Shown here: piece by piece, positions 38,140-52,900 of the stretch
Layout: every line of letters starts with the position of its first letter
How positions within the stretch are numbered: position 1 is the first letter of the stretch
Assembly (NCBI RefSeq): GCF_009834535.1
Contig: NC_045696.1
Location: forward strand, 37,016,001 to 37,080,000
Length of the DNA: 64,000 nucleotides
DNA from: Camelus ferus
Lineage: Eukaryota
Direction: 5' to 3'
Position numbers and translations under genes: made by a program
The notes under the pieces: model-generated
Told to the model about the DNA's origin: nothing
Database searches by the model: none
Seen by the model: the letters and a program-made list of their open reading frames with translations, nothing else

Positions 38140-41100
38140 ATTTTTTAAAAATTGAAGTATAGTTGACTTGCAATATTACACTAGTTTCAGATGTACAACA
38201 TAGTGATTTGACATTTTTTATGAATTACACACCATGCAAAGTTATTATAAACTATTGACTATATTTCTTGTTCTGTATCATCCTTGTGACTATTTTATAA
38301 CTGGTGGTTTTTAACCTCTTAATTCCTTTCACCTATTTCTTCTCTCCCCTCCTCCCTCTCCTCCCTAGCAACTATTAGTTTGTTCTCTATGTATGAGTCT
38401 ATTTCTGTTTTGTTATAGTTGTTTATAGTTGTTCTTTTTTTTTTTTGATTCCACATACAAGTGAAAAATACAGTAATTGTCTTTCTCTGTCTGACTTCTG
38501 CCACTAATCGTGATACCCTACAGTTCCATATATGTTGTTGCAAATGATAAGGTTTCATTCTTTTTTATGGCTAATAATTCATTTATATATAAATATAAAT
38601 ATTTTATTTATATATATACATATATATATGTATATATATAAAATGAATTTATCCGTTTATCTGTCAATGAACATGTAGCTTGCTTCCATACCTTGGTTAT
38701 TGAAAATCATGCTGCTTGAACATTAGAGTGCATCTGTCTTTGCAAATTAGTGTTTTTGATTTCTTTAGATAAGGAGTGAAATTGCTGGATAGTATGGTAC
38801 TTCTATTTTAAGTTTTGTGAAGAACTTTCATATTTTTTCATAGTGGCTATACAAATTTGAATTCCTACGAACAGTGCACTATTGTTCCCTTTTCTTCACA
38901 TTATCACCAACACTTATTATTCCCTCTTTTTGATAATGGCCATTCTGACAGATGTGAAGTGATATCTTGTGGTTTTGATTTGCATTTCCCTGATGATTAG
39001 TGATGCTGAGCATTTGTTCATGTGCCTGTAGACCACATGTATGTCTTTGGAAAACACTTACTCAGTTTCTCTGCTACTTTTGGATTATTTGGGGTTTTCT
39101 TGATATTGAGTTGTTTGAGTTTTTAAATATTTTGGATATTAACCCCTTATTGGGTTCAGATCTTACGTTTAAGTCTTTAATCTGTTTTGACTTTTTTTGG
39201 TATATGATGTGATAAATTGGTCTAGTTTTATTCTTTCACATGATACTGTCCACTTTTCCAAACACCGCTTATTGAAGAAACTCTTTTCTGTATTGTATAT
39301 TCTTATGTTCTTAATTGTAGATTAATTGACCGTATGTGTGTGGGTTTATTTCTGGACTCTCTATTCTGTTCCATGGATCTATGTGTCTGATTTTGTGCCA
39401 CTACCACACTGCTTTGATTATTGTAGCTTTCTAGTATAGTCTGACATCTGGGAGCATAATACCTCCAACTTTGTTCTTTCTCAAGATTACTTTATTATTC
39501 AGGATTCTTTATGGTTCCATACACAGTACAGAGTTATTTGTTCTAGTTCAGTGAAAAACGCCATTGATGTTTTAACAAGAATTGCAGTGAATCTGTAGAT
39601 TACTTTGGGTAATGTGGACATTTTAACAGTATTAATTCTTTCAATCCATAAACACAGAATATCTTTCCACTTATTTGTATATTTTTTTCTTCAATATCTT
39701 ATAGATTTCAGAGTACAGGTCTTTGTCCTCCTCAGTTAAATTAACTCCTAGATTATCTTACTCTTTTTGATGCAGTTGTAAATGATAATGTTTTCTTGCT
39801 TACTCTTTCCAGTAGTTCATTATTAGTGTACAGAAATGCCACATATTTCTGTACATTAGTTTTGTATCCTACAACTTTACTGAATTCATTTATTAGTCTT
39901 AATAGTTTTTGGTGATATCTTTAGGGTTTTCTATATAAAATACGTCATTTGCTAACAGTAAGTTTACTTCTTCCTTTCAAATTTGGATTCCTTTTATTTC
40001 TTTTACTTGTCTGATTGCTATGACTAGAAGTTCCAATACTATTTTGAATGAAAGTGGCAAGAGTGGGCATTCTAGTCTTGTTTCTGATATTAAAGAAAAA
40101 TCTTTCAACTTTTTACTATTGAATGTAATGTTAGGTATGAGTATGTCATAAATAGGCTTTATATTGAGTTATGTTCCCTTACACTTTGTTGAGTTTTTTA
40201 TATATAAATACTGAATTTTGTGCAATACTTTTTTGCAACTATCGAGATGATCACATGATTTCTATCCTTTATTTTGTTAATATAGTTTATCATATTGATT
40301 GATTTGCAGTTATTGAACCATCCTTGCATCCCTGCGATAAATCCCAGTTAATCATGGTGTATGATCCTTTTAATGTATCCTTAAATTTGTTTTGCTAATA
40401 TTTTGAGGGTTTTTTTAATCTGTGTTCATCATGGTGATTGGTCTGTAATTTTCTTTTTTTTAGCAGTGTCTTTGCCTGCTGTTAGTATCAGCATGATACT
40501 GGTGGCCTTGTAGAATGAGTTTGGAAGTGTTTGTTCCTCTTCAGTTTTGGGGGGTAGTTTGAGAAGGATAGGTGTTAACTCTTTAAAAGCTTGATAGAAT
40601 TCACCTGTGAAGTCATCTAGTCCTGGATGTTTGTTTGGGAGATTTCTTTTTCTTTCTTTCTTTTTTTTTTTTTTTTTTTTTTTTTACTGATTCAATTTTG
40701 TTACTAGTAATTTGTCTGTTCATATTTTCTGTTTCTTCCTGAGTCAGTTTGGGAGACTGTATGTTTCTAGGAATTTGTCAATTTCTTCTAGTTTATCCAA
40801 TTTTTTGGTATATAATTGTTTATAGTATTTTCTTTTGATTTTCTGTGATAGCAGTTGTAAATTCTTTCATTCCTAATTTTAAAAATTTGCGCCTTTTTTC
40901 CCCTTGATTTCCTGGCTAAAGATATGAATTTTGTTTCTAAAAAACAGTTTTATGGTTTTTTTTTATATTGTTTCTTAAGTATCTATTTCATTTATTTCCT
41001 CTCTGATCTTTAATTCCTCCCTTCTACTAACTTTGGACTTTGTTATTTTTCTAATTTGTTTAGGTGTACAGTTGAGTTGCTTATTTGATTTTTTTTCTTG

Positions 41101-41480
41101 TTTCTTGAAGTAGGCCTGTATTGTTATAAACTTCTTTCCTAGAACTGCTTTTGCTGCATCCCATAGATTTTGGGTCATTGTTTCTATTTTCATTCATCTT
41201 GAGGAATTTTTTGATTTCCTTTTAGATTTCTTCATTAACTCATTGGTTTCCTTAGTAGCATATTTAGTCCATGTCTTTGTTTTTTTTTCCAGTTTTCTTT
41301 CTGTAATTTCTAGTTTCATACCATTGTGGTTGGAAAATTCTTTATGTGAATTCAATCTTCATAAATTTTTTGAGACTTGTTTTGTGGCCTAGTATGTGAT
41401 CTATCCTGGGGAATGTTCCATGTGCAGTTGAAAGAATGTGAATTCTGCTGTTTTGGAATGGGATATTTTTATATAATATC
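38140..41480 (-). mobile_element. Older LINE-1, 5'-truncated within the endonuclease domain
   Basis: 3' end ttgaagtatagttgac...; ORF fragment TQNLWDAAKAVLGKKFITIQAY; collinear with 7.3-10.9 kb. Confidence 0.95.
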
Positions 41481-42059
41481 TAATAGAAAAATATTGCTAC
41501 ATGCTTTCTTATGTTTGCTTTAAAAGTTCACACCAAACACATGTATATTGCTATCCTTTTAAGTTTTTCTCCACAGTGGTAAAATGATAGGAAGTTGGGC
41601 TATTATAGATCTGTTCTAGGTGAATTTATAGTACTTCTTATGTGATCGTGCTAGAACTGTTTCCATTTCTTCCAGATGCCTTCATAATTAGCACAGCATT
41701 GAGATCTAAACACAGGGAGATCACATAGATATTTAACATTTATTTTGTGGTCAACCATGAAAGGTAAAATAGACCCCTTTCCAATTAATAAGTTGAATGT
41801 TGACTTTAATATTCCACACACCAAGAAAAATTTGAAACAATGTTTATAGCCACATAAGGGAAACCTGGAAAGAGTAGGGTAGGCACAAGTATATCCAGGC
41901 TGGTTTGTGTGAGGCCAAGAGAGTGAGTTCAACTAGATAACACACCTGGGGAAAAGTTTCCCCTAGTAAGCCAGGTTTTGTGAGGTTTGAATTTCCCTTC
42001 ACAGCCAAATGGGAACTCATGTGCCTTCCTATCAGCTTGCCTAGTTATGAGGCCAAAGA

Positions 42060-42417
42060 TGTATTCTAGTCAGTTTGAGCTGCTATAACTAAGTACCACT
42101 AAGACTGGATGTCTTAAAAACAATATAAATTTATTTCTTACACTTCTAGAGGCTGGAAGTTTGAGATTAGGGTTACAGCATTGCCCGGTTTGGGCCTACT
42201 TCCTGCTTCATAGCCAGTGCCTTCTTGCTGTGTCTGCTCACATGGTGCAAGGCGCTGGAGACCTTAATAGGGTACTTATAAGGTACTAATCCCATTTATG
42301 AGAGCTCAACCCTCATTACTTAAGCAGTTCCCAAGGCCCCACCTCCTAATACTATCATGTTTTGGTGTTAAGATTTCAACATGAATTTTAGGGAGACACA
42401 AATTTCAGAACATAGCA
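42060..42417 (-). mobile_element. MaLR (MLT1A-like) solo LTR
   Basis: tgtattctagtcagtttgagctgctataac...aaatttatttcttacacttctagaggctggaag...ccccacctcctaatac...catagca. Confidence 0.85.
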
Positions 42418-43067
42418 AATGGAGAGGAAAGAGAGAACTTGAAAGCTATAAGCTGTCAAATAACAAAGTGGAATAAGATTATTTCATTTATTAATAGAAT
42501 TCAGGATAACTATGCTGTGTAATGGTTATAGGAGGTAAACAAAAGTTATTGTCTGAACTGTTTCCTGTCTGTAAATCAATAAATGTGTTTTACAAAGTAA
42601 ATAAAGATGTAGTCATGGTCTCTAATGTGTTAACAGATTACACATATACTTTATTCCAGGTCCAAATATATTATGATGCCAAGAAAGAAAGAATTTAGAA
42701 AAAAAATATCACAAATGTTGGAAGGCAATAGGCAACTTGAATAAGAACTTAAAATAGTCAAAGGTAAATATAACATGTCAGGAGAAAATTGAATATAATT
42801 TCAATTAACACAAGCAGCTTCAAGTTCATTCAAGAAACTTGGAGTGAGGATTGACATTGGGACAGATAGTACATCCAAAAATGTAGAAATTAGAGAATAA
42901 AAGAAATGATGTTCTATAATTTTAATTCTAGAATTCTGAAGGCAGGAAGCTCATGGATTTTATAAAAATAAGTGAAAAATAAGAGTGATTTACTCTTTAA
43001 GTGATAAGATCCAAATATTGTTTTCCTAATGACAAATGTCTATTCTAGTTGGGTGTTTTTGTGTGTT

Positions 43068-46000
43068 TTTTTATTGAAGTATAGTTGACTTAACAATATT
43101 GCGTTAGTTTCAGGTACATAGCAAAATGATTCATATATATAAATTTTATATATATATGTGTGTGTGTGTGTATATATATATGTATATATACACATATGTA
43201 TATATTTCAGATTATTTTCCATTACAGGTTATTATAATATAATGAATATCCTTGTTGTTTATCTACTTTAAATACAGTCGTGTGGATCTGTTAATCCCAA
43301 ACTCCTAATTTATCCTTCCCTCCCCTTTCCCCTTTGGTAATGATAAGTTTGTTTTCTTTGTGAGTCTGTTTCTGTTCTGAATATATATTTAGGGATTATG
43401 CTCATTTTTTGATTGAATTTTTTTTAATAGTTGTATGAGCTATTTATATATTTTGGGTATTAACCATTTGTTGGTTGCATTGTTGGCTGCATCATTGGAA
43501 AGTATTTTCTCCCATTCTGTAAGTTTCCTTTCATTTTGTTTATGATGTCCTTTGCTATGTAGAAGCCCTGAAGTTTATTTAGGTCCTGTTTTTTTTTTTT
43601 TTCCCCTTTTATTTCTTTTGCCTTAGGAGCTTGATCTAAGAAATACAGCTACAATTTATGTATAAGGATGTTTTTGCCTATGTTCTCTTCTGGAAGGCTT
43701 ATGATGTCATGTCTTATATTTAGGTCTTTAAGCCATTTTGAGTTTTCCTTTTTGGCTTTTGTGAATCTATCTTATGTTGCACTTGTAATGACCCTGCTTT
43801 TCAATTGTTAACCCATAGCTGTATTACTTTTTTAGACTGATAGTAAGTTCAAACACATTCTAAAATGACTGTTTTTTTTTTTTTTTTGCTCCTCTCCCCA
43901 ACATTTTCCAATTTTGACAACTTATTTTACATCTTCACATTTATCCTTTTGCAGTTATTTGTAGTTACAATCCATATAAGATTTTACCCTTTTTTAATGT
44001 ATGAACTAGCATATTATAAGTAATCTTCAATCCTTTTATATATTTAGTTTTCCAATTATGATTTTCTCTTTCCTATAGATTCTTGCTTCTTTTCTAAGTG
44101 GAGAAAGTCTTTCAATATTTCTTTTAGATATTGAGGTATTATTATAGTTTTTGCTTATCTGTCAAATTATCACTCCTTCTATTCTAAATAATAATCTTGC
44201 TGCATAGAGTATCCTAAGTTGCAGGTTTTCCTTTCATGAGTTTGACTATTTCATGCCACTCTCTTCTGGCCTATGAAGTTTCTGCAGAGAAATCAGATGA
44301 TAGACTTATGGCGGTTCCCTTGTAACCAACTTTGTTTTTATCTTGCTACCTTTGGAATCCTCTCTTTATGCTTATCTTTTTCCATTTTAATTATGATATA
44401 TCTTGGTATGGGTCTGTTTGGATTCATCTTGTTTGAGACCCTCTGTGCTTCCTTACCTGGATATCTATTTCTTTCTTTGGAAAGTTTTCAACCCTAATTA
44501 CTTAAAATACATTTTTGATCCCCTTTTTCCTTCTCCTTCTGGAACTCCTATTCTGCATAGTTGGCATGCTTTATATTATTACATAGATCTCATATACTGC
44601 TTTCATTTTGTTCATTTGTCTTTCTGTCTGCTCTTCTGATTTCTATTCTGTCTTCCAGATCAATCACTTATTTGTTCTTCATTATTTAGTCTGCTATTTA
44701 TTGCTTCTTGGTTGTTTTTTTTATCTTGGCAATTGAGTTGTGTAATTTTGATCCTCTTTATGTGTCTATTTCCTTGTTACAGTGATCTGCATTTCTATCA
44801 ATAGTCTTTCTTGATTCCTTCAGCATTTTACCTCCTTTTCAACTCAGTGTCTATTAAACTGGTGAGGTCTGTTTTGCTGTCTGTGCTTTCAGGAAATTTC
44901 TATTCTTTTAATTAGGAGTAGTTCCTCTGCTTTTTCATTATACTTCCTCTGTATGAATTTAGGAGAAACAGTATCTCCTGTGGTATTGAAGGGGTGCTTT
45001 TATGTGGGAGCATCCCTGTGTAGACTGAGTCCATTATTTTTGATGTAAGTGCTGTTTGGGTATGAATGCCTGCCACAGCTTTCCTCAGAGTGTGCTGCTA
45101 GCGGTTATTACCTTGACTGGGGGTGTGGTTATTGTTGTAGTGTCTAGAGCCTGCACTGGATGTTGAGTGGGGCCTTCTCTTTGCTTCATGGCTATCACAG
45201 CCCTGTTGGGGGTGGAGTTTGCTCCACAGTTCTTAGAGGAGAATCCCTGAAAACTGGGTTTGATAAGTGCATGCCCTGAAGTGTGTGGTCTGTCCCAAAG
45301 GAGGTGACACTGAAGCAAGTGAGGCCTGTGTCATCACAGCAAACCTGTGTGCAGCCTGTGCAGACCTCTGTGGTTGGGCCAGAAGCAGCTCAAGGTTGCA
45401 TCCCTTTTGTTGTATGCATACCAAACCTAGTGCTAGGCTAATCCTGGGGGTCACAGTGCTGTGGCTGCAGGAATTGAGATGGTTGTGTTGCTGCCTGGGA
45501 CCTAGGCTGCCTCTGTGGATGGGTTCTCCCAGAAGCTGTCTGCCCATGATCTGACTTCAAGCTTTGGTGTGAGGTGGGCAGAACTGGAGTGCTTCCACCA
45601 GGGAAGGAACTACTGAGTATTCCTCCTCATGGGCTTGTCTGCTGGAGATATGATTCTGTGAAACCACCCGGTATGTGTGCCAACAAAGAATGCCTCTGCT
45701 GGATCAGATCCTGGAACTGTCCCCACCAGTCGGGTGCTGACAATGGGCTCTAAATTTCAGCCTGGACCACAGCCTAGGAGCTTTAGGCTGTCTCCATGCA
45801 GCTAGACTGAGTCTTCTCCCAGGGCCTGAGATTCACTGCCTAGTCACTGTACATGCTAGCAGCCCCACTTGGCACACATTTTGGGCTGGCAAATGCAAGT
45901 AGATGGCAGCTGTCAACACTGGTCTCTCTCTGCCATGATTGCGAGCAAGCCAACACCTGTGCACTCCTTGTGAGCAGAGTCCAGTTTCCTCCAGCTCCTT

Positions 46001-46290
46001 TATCTTTCCCTCCAGATTTCCTAGCAGGCAGGTGCTTCTCAAGGAAAGGACTTGCCCATGCCTCTTTCACAGATCTCTTCCAGGAGTGTGGGTCCCTTCC
46101 TGATGCCTTTTTTTGTCCTATCCAGTTATGTGGTGATCTTTCTTGAAAGTTTGTTTGCATAAGAAAGCTTTTACCAGTTTCCAGTAGGTTTTCTATGAGA
46201 ATTTTTCCATGTGTAGATATACTTTTTGATGTGTTTGCTGGGGGAGGTGAGCTCCACATCTTTTACTTTGCCATCTTGATCCACTTCCCC
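43068..46290 (-). mobile_element. LINE-1 with both termini but two internal deletions removing most of ORF2
   Basis: 3' UTR (43068-43380), short ORF2 piece (43385-43745), inter-ORF and decayed ORF1 (43750-44945), GC-rich 5' UTR ending gccatcttgatccacttcccc at 46290; near-TSD TTTTTGT(T)GTGTTT on both sides. Confidence 0.88.
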
Positions 46291-49074
46291 TTTTTTTGTT
46301 GTGTTTAAAATCATGATTGAAAATCTGTTACTGTGTTTGCTCCATTTCTGTATGTTTAAAGCAGTTATCTTGTATACAAACTTATTTCCTGAGTAGAGCT
46401 AACAGAAAGAGTACTCTAAATTCTTCAGTCATTCTTGACCCAGGTTTAAGAATAAATTTGATACCAAGTGTAATTCAATTTCTTTTGATGCTTAGTAGCA
46501 GGAACATATTCTGTAGAATCTGACCACCACTAGATAAAGGAATAAGTAAGGTTTTGACCTTTGTGGTTGAAATGTGTTTCCTAGTCTACGGTGAGCTCAG
46601 TGAGATTTGGCAGCCTTTAAAACTGGGCATGACAAATACCATAATGTATTTTTGTACTAACTTTGCTATAAATATATGAAATGTAGGCCAGGCTCAGATC
46701 ATGCCAGTTTATACGATTATTGTAACTTAAAAAAAAAAATAGAAATGACCAGTAAAACCAGAGAAAAACTAAAGTTATGTAGTTATTGGTCATGATTTAG
46801 GGACCAAGAGCCTTGTCATTCAGTCAGTAGAAAATAGATGGAAATCATGAACTGAAATATAACATTCTAACTTTCATAAATTAGATTATTATGAGACAGT
46901 GGATCCAATGCCATACTATGTTTCAAGCAACCTGCTTTTGGGCTATCTGGTGCTATACAAAATTACTCCATGATTTTCATGCAGTGCATGAGTCCAGGTT
47001 CTCCAGCTTTCAGGGGTCACTATTTGAATAATATGTAACTAACATTATCTAAGCCCCCAACCTGAGTAAGTGCGGAATTTTCAGTTTTTAATCTCACTCT
47101 TCTTCTGCATCACTGATTTCCCTAAGGAATTATTTAAAAGTTGAAGAAATGTTAGTTTCCCCCTTGTCACATCCTGTTAATGACCACTGATACATTATTC
47201 TCACTTTATCTCTTTCCTTCTTATAACTAGGTTCTTTACTATATTTGACTGCAACCTAACTCTGTAATGCCCACCCAGCTCCAAGATGAAGCTTTATACA
47301 AAAATAGTAGAAAGTTGAGAATTACTGTAAGGAAATTACAATGCCATCACAAAGCACAGTATGTTCACATGTACACATTCACAATTGGTACCTATCTATA
47401 CAGTTTATATTTATCCCACACCGTCAAATATGATCCAAAACATTATTTGAATACATATAAATTATAGTAAATTAATTTTATTATAACTAAAACTGAGATG
47501 TATATTAAATACTTCAACCATTTTTTTCAACTCTGATTTCATAAACTTTAGAAAGTGGTAAGATAACATATACACTAGGAAACATGTTTTCAGCTGACCA
47601 AAATAAAATACTTAATTTATTATATTTGATATTGTCAGTTTTAATCCTAAAAAATAAAGAAATCAAGATTAGGGTAAATTTTCCAGAGCCTATAATTGGT
47701 ATACTGGTTCAGGTTCATTTTTGTGTATAAAGAATAGTAAGTAATAGAACCAGTTTCTGTGTTAAGCATTCACACACAAAATCAATAGCTCACCAAAACA
47801 GATGGACATTTAGAATCTCTGTTCATTCATTGGCTATACCTATCTAAATAATAGGTAAATACAAAATGTAACAGAAGCTTAAAAAGAACATATTTCTAAT
47901 AAGCAGAAGAAATTGAGTCCCATAGTACCACATTTATATCAATTGTTGGCAGAATCTAGCTTTTCTAATTCTTGGTCTACAATTTTTATCATATCACAGT
48001 GTGGATTCTAAAATTCTGGTTACATATGAGTATTTTTGATCAACATCTAATAATTCAAAATATCTGGGGATTTGCCTCAGTTTTTAAGAATGTTGTTTTT
48101 ATGGTATATGTAAATGATTTTAGTTTGTCTTTTCCAAAAGATCTTCTTAGTTTCATTCTGTTCAAAGAGCTACAGCATCTGGGCAGAAAAGATTCAATGA
48201 CTGACTTGATGCTGAACAGATTTTTCTGAGGAAATTTTATGCATTTCTGTAGGTTTTTAAAAATTATTTTTCCTAAGTATACTTACTTCAAATATGAGCC
48301 TTTGTTCTGAGGAACAGTGTTGGCTGACCAATGTTATTTTGAAGTCATTACACTGGAGTTTATTCCCTATAAAAATACTTATCATATCTTATTGCTGTCA
48401 AGGAGTTTATGAAAAGAAAGGATAAAATTATGTAATTAAATTTAAAGTGTCATAGTTAGAGTTAAGTTTACAATTTTAAGAATTCTAAGCTTGCTTAAAG
48501 GAAAAATGTGATATAAAATTCCACTTTGGTTACTGGGATGAGATGAGACTCGGTGTGAAAGTCATTTTGCAAAAATGAAAAACTAATAAAACTCCAGCTG
48601 TTTGGTTAGGAAACGTTTATCAGAACTGCTTCAAACTCAGTCAAACAAACAGCCAGCATTCTTCATGGAACTCATTGTGGCTGATACAGTTGAGAGGTTA
48701 TTTCCAATGTGTATTGTCCATTTGAAAATTATATGTGAGACCAACACTGATTCTCCTTCCTGTATGTGATGGTAAATGAAAAAGACTTGTAATATTTTTA
48801 GAAATTAAACAGTATGTTTTTTATCCTCACTCTTTCAGAATTGCATTTAATCATGCAAATGCTTAAGAGTACAATATACAGAGTCAGTCAGTTTTCAACT
48901 TGCACTTGGAGTTGCAGGAGACAAGCTATAGTTTTGAGTAGGGGAGGACATGGCTGGATGTAGCAAGAGCCAAAAGGGCGGGTGATAGCATAGTTGACAA
49001 CACGGTGAAAAAAACAGTTTTGTTTGTTTGTTTGTTTTGTTTTGTTTTGTTTTTTACAATAAAGTAGTGGATAA

Positions 49075-49262
49075 AACAAAGAAGCAGACTTAAATATATA
49101 GAGAATCAAACTAGTGGTTACCAGTGGGGAGAGGGAAGGGTGGAGGGCAGTATACAGGTAGGAGAAAAAAGGGTTATTATGGGATTATACGAAATCTTGT
49201 GTGTGAAACTTTTGAAAATTACAAAGCACTATAGAATTTAAAGAATCTTTCACTCGATAAGA
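49075..49262 (+). mobile_element. Short L1 3' UTR fragment
   Basis: aaactagtggttaccagtggggagagggaaggg followed by a 3' terminal sequence and eroded polyA signal. Confidence 0.75.
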
Positions 49263-51089
49263 ACAACACAGATTTTAAACACTATTTGTTCTGGTTACAA
49301 GAGATATGTATTCATTGTTAGTCAACATTTTCAAAAATATGGTATCTTTAAAAGAAATTATGCTCATTTTGCTCAAACTCTCCATATTTCGTGATGTGGG
49401 AAAATGAACAACTGCAGTATCAAGTATCTTGAACAGAGGAAGAGAAAGCAAGGGTTGAGATGGATAAATAATAAGGGAATTGTTTGGCAGAGATCAAATG
49501 ATGGCATGTAAAGAAATGTAGTTTCCGTTTATTTTCACCTATTAAAAACTGTAGTGAGTGTTATATTAACCTAAATTTACATTAACTATTTAAGTAATGA
49601 CAAAGACAGTCTGTAAAGCATCACCACTCTTATCAACTCTGTTTCATGGTGGCACAAATATAAATGATCACAGTTGGGTCAATCAGTGATCAAAAAGAGA
49701 AAATCACACAATTAAAACACACACACACACGCAAACACAAACACATAGGTGCAATGTTCAAGAGAGGGTTTTTTCATTGTTCCATAAAGGAAAATAAAAG
49801 TTTCATTTGGAGTCTTTAATATCAACATGCTTTAGTAAATGCATTCATTTGCATTCATTTCCAGGACCTAAACAGGCCAGTTTAGGTCACATAGAGCTGG
49901 AATTATTGAGCAACTCTGAAGTTATCCTGTGATTTACTTATTAAAGTTGACCTTTAATGTATTCAAAGTTATTTATTTAAACCAGTGTGTATTTTCTGTG
50001 TAATTTGAGACACCTCCAACTTGATTTAGGAACAGGAATCTTCACTGTAAATCTGTATACGATTCACACAGTTTTACATTTCATTTGATTGCACTTTACA
50101 AAATAAATCATGTTTATAATACATTCCAATCTCACCTGAACTATAAACACCTAGCATCAGATTTTCACATTATGAGAAGTGAATAGGACTATGTATTTTG
50201 CACTGAGTCGTTTTTTGTGGTTGGTCAAAGGTAGACATTCCTAAACTTCAACCAGTGATCGGCTTAATATTTATAGAAAAATAAATCTTTTTATGTGGGA
50301 TGTGAAAAAGTGAGTTATAATGCTTGATTGTTACATAGAAAAAGTCATGACAATAAACTTTCCAAGTGAGGGAGTCTAGCATATATTTTTACTTAAAACT
50401 CTGAAAGGAAGGCATAAGAACAATGAAGACTGTGGGTGATTTTTAATGAACCATGTATTATGGTTGACATCTCTAAAAAAAAAAAGGGAGTAACTCTGTT
50501 ATCAATTCAAGAATTACCTTAAAAGTGAGACACTGTGCACTTAACCTTTACAAAAAGTATATAATGGAGAGGACATCTATTTTTTAATGATTTTTGTGAA
50601 ATACCAGCTTTGAAGTTACAACTTTGCAAAATGCCAACCTGAAATGTTGGGTTAAATGACTTAGTTAAACTAACAATGTGACTCCACGGTGTTTTCCTTT
50701 GCAGCACCAGATGCACAGCTAAGCATTAATCTCTAAACAGGATCAAAAGAGTAAGGATGAAATGTGAACTCCTTCCCTGGGGTTTATTTACTTCTGGACA
50801 AGCAAAATCAATGTTACATTTAAAAATGAATTGATATATTGGAATATAATATGTTAGTGGTTTCAAAAAAAATTAGAAAACAAACCTTATGAAATACCCT
50901 AAGATGTGGTTAAAGGAGATAGAATTACAAAAAAAATCCCCACTTCCAACCTCCTCTCTAGTTACTTTTCTCCACCAAAAACCAATGGACTGTACTTGGG
51001 AGCCCTGGAGACGCCACGGAATCCAATGAGAAGATATTAAATGGAACATTTAATGGAAAATTAATTCAAATTGTGTGATCTGGGGACTC

Positions 51090-51490
51090 CTGTTTGAGGA
51101 GTTGGAATAAAACCAACATAAGAAAGATCTAGGAAGAAGAGGCAAGTGGAAGGATAGGAGAGTGTTCTGTGTTCAAAGGTTTAGAAGGTGATTTCCAAAA
51201 TATAAAGCAAAGTGGTTTCATGTGACTTTAGAAAGTTACACGTCCAATCTATATGTGGCTTTGCTATTTTTTGAAGATTATATTGTATTCCAGATGTGAC
51301 TGAAAGCCACTGAAATGTTTTAAGCATCCATGCGATGGAATTTAATTTACGTATATTTAACATGCACTCTGCTATGTAGAAATATCATTGGAATAACCAA
51401 GAATATAAGTAAAATATTACTGGGATATTACCATATTAAATAGTGGCTTGGTCTGGACTATGGGTAGAAAAGAAACATACTTAAGATATA
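51090..51490 (-). mobile_element. L2 relic; similar sequence resumes near 52300
   Basis: gaaagccactgaaatgttttaagca...catgcactctgctatgtagaaa. Confidence 0.55.
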
Positions 51491-51491
51491 T

Positions 51492-52295
51492 TTTTAGCAA
51501 CTTTACTGAGACACAGTTCACATACCTTATAATTTACCAATTTAAAATGTATGATTCAATTATTTTTAGTATATTCACAGGTAGGTGCGATCATCACAAG
51601 AGGCAATTTTAGAACATTTTTACCAACCCCAAAGCAAACCCTGTATGGTTTAGCACTGACTTTTTGTACCTCACTCCAACCCCTTACCCACCCAGCCGTA
51701 AGCTGGGTTAACACTCTACAGATTTCCACTTTCTCAACAGTACATATGAATGGAATCATATATGTGACCTTTTGTGACTAGCTTTCATTTAGTGTAATGT
51801 TTTTAAGTTTCATCTATGTTGTACCAGGTGTCAGTATTTCATTCTAATGTCTGAATGATATTTCACTGTGCTTACATACCACATTTTGCTTATGTATTCA
51901 TACATTAATAGAAATTTGGGTTGTGGCCACCTCTGGCTATTGTGAATAATTCTACTTTGACATATATGAACAAACTTTTGTGTAAATTTGATTTCATTTC
52001 TCTTGGGTATATACCTAGGAGTGGAATTTCTGGGTCATATGGTAACCCAGTTTAACCATTGGAGTGATTGGCAAACCGTTTTCAAAGAAGCAGTACCACT
52101 TCATGCCATTAGCAATGCATGAGGGTTCAGATTTCTCCACATCCTCATCAGCATTTGTTATTATCTGACTTTTTGATTTTAGTTGTTCTAGTGAGAGTGA
52201 AGTGGTATCTCATTGTGATCTTGACTAGCATTTTCCTGACAACTGATGAGTTTGAGTATCTTTTCATGTGCCTATTATTCATTTGTGTATTTTTC
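51492..52295 (-). mobile_element. L1MB-like 3' fragment
   Basis: ctttactgagacacagttcacatac 3' end; ORF2 piece ITMRYHFTLTRTTKIKKSDNNKC. Confidence 0.88.
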
Positions 52296-52769
52296 CCTGG
52301 AGCTTGTTTGAATAAATATGGGTATGATTCTATTAAGAAGTGGAAAAAATCAGAAGGGCCAGTCACTAAACAAATGAAATTCAGCAGAAATGAACAAACA
52401 ACTCCCTCATTTGGAAGTAAGTAGAATGTAGTAGATGAAGGAATGGAAGAAAAAAAATACGTATACTTACAATTATAAGTCTGTTATAAATTTAATGGCA
52501 GAAAGATGCAGTCTCTCTGTTTTTGTTTTTTAGACACGCCAGCTAAAGTGAGATGGGAACAAGAGATTTGAGGAGTGTTGTGGTAGAATGAAATTGACTT
52601 TGTGTTTTTGGAAGAGCATAGTTACTAGGAAAAACAAAAACAACAGCAACCAAAACACAAGTGTTCTGGTTGGTGTAGAGTGCTCATCTGAGGATAGTGA
52701 TCGTGAAATATGAAAGGGGAGAGGAACAAAAGGACAATGAAGATTAGGCAATTACTGAAATACTAATAA

Positions 52770-52900
52770 TAGTGATTGCTAATATTTAATGGGCATTTGT
52801 TATGTTCCAGGAATTGATTTAAGCATTTTATGTGATTTAATTAACTTATTCCTTATATCAACTCTGCAAGAAAAGTACTATTATGATGCACAGTGTGACT
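52770..52900. mobile_element. MIR SINE relic
   Basis: gctaatatttaatgggcatttgttatgttccagg...aactctgcaagaaaagtactattat. Confidence 0.65.

Noticed and set aside
45085..46259. Cluster of GC-rich ORFs suggesting a gene or CpG island
   Set aside because: Lies within the 5' UTR of the internally deleted L1
49865..49888. Near-perfect palindrome GACCTAAAC-AGGCCA-GTTTAGGTC (similar 9-bp stem at 21005-21026)
   Set aside because: Stems this short are expected by chance in 64 kb
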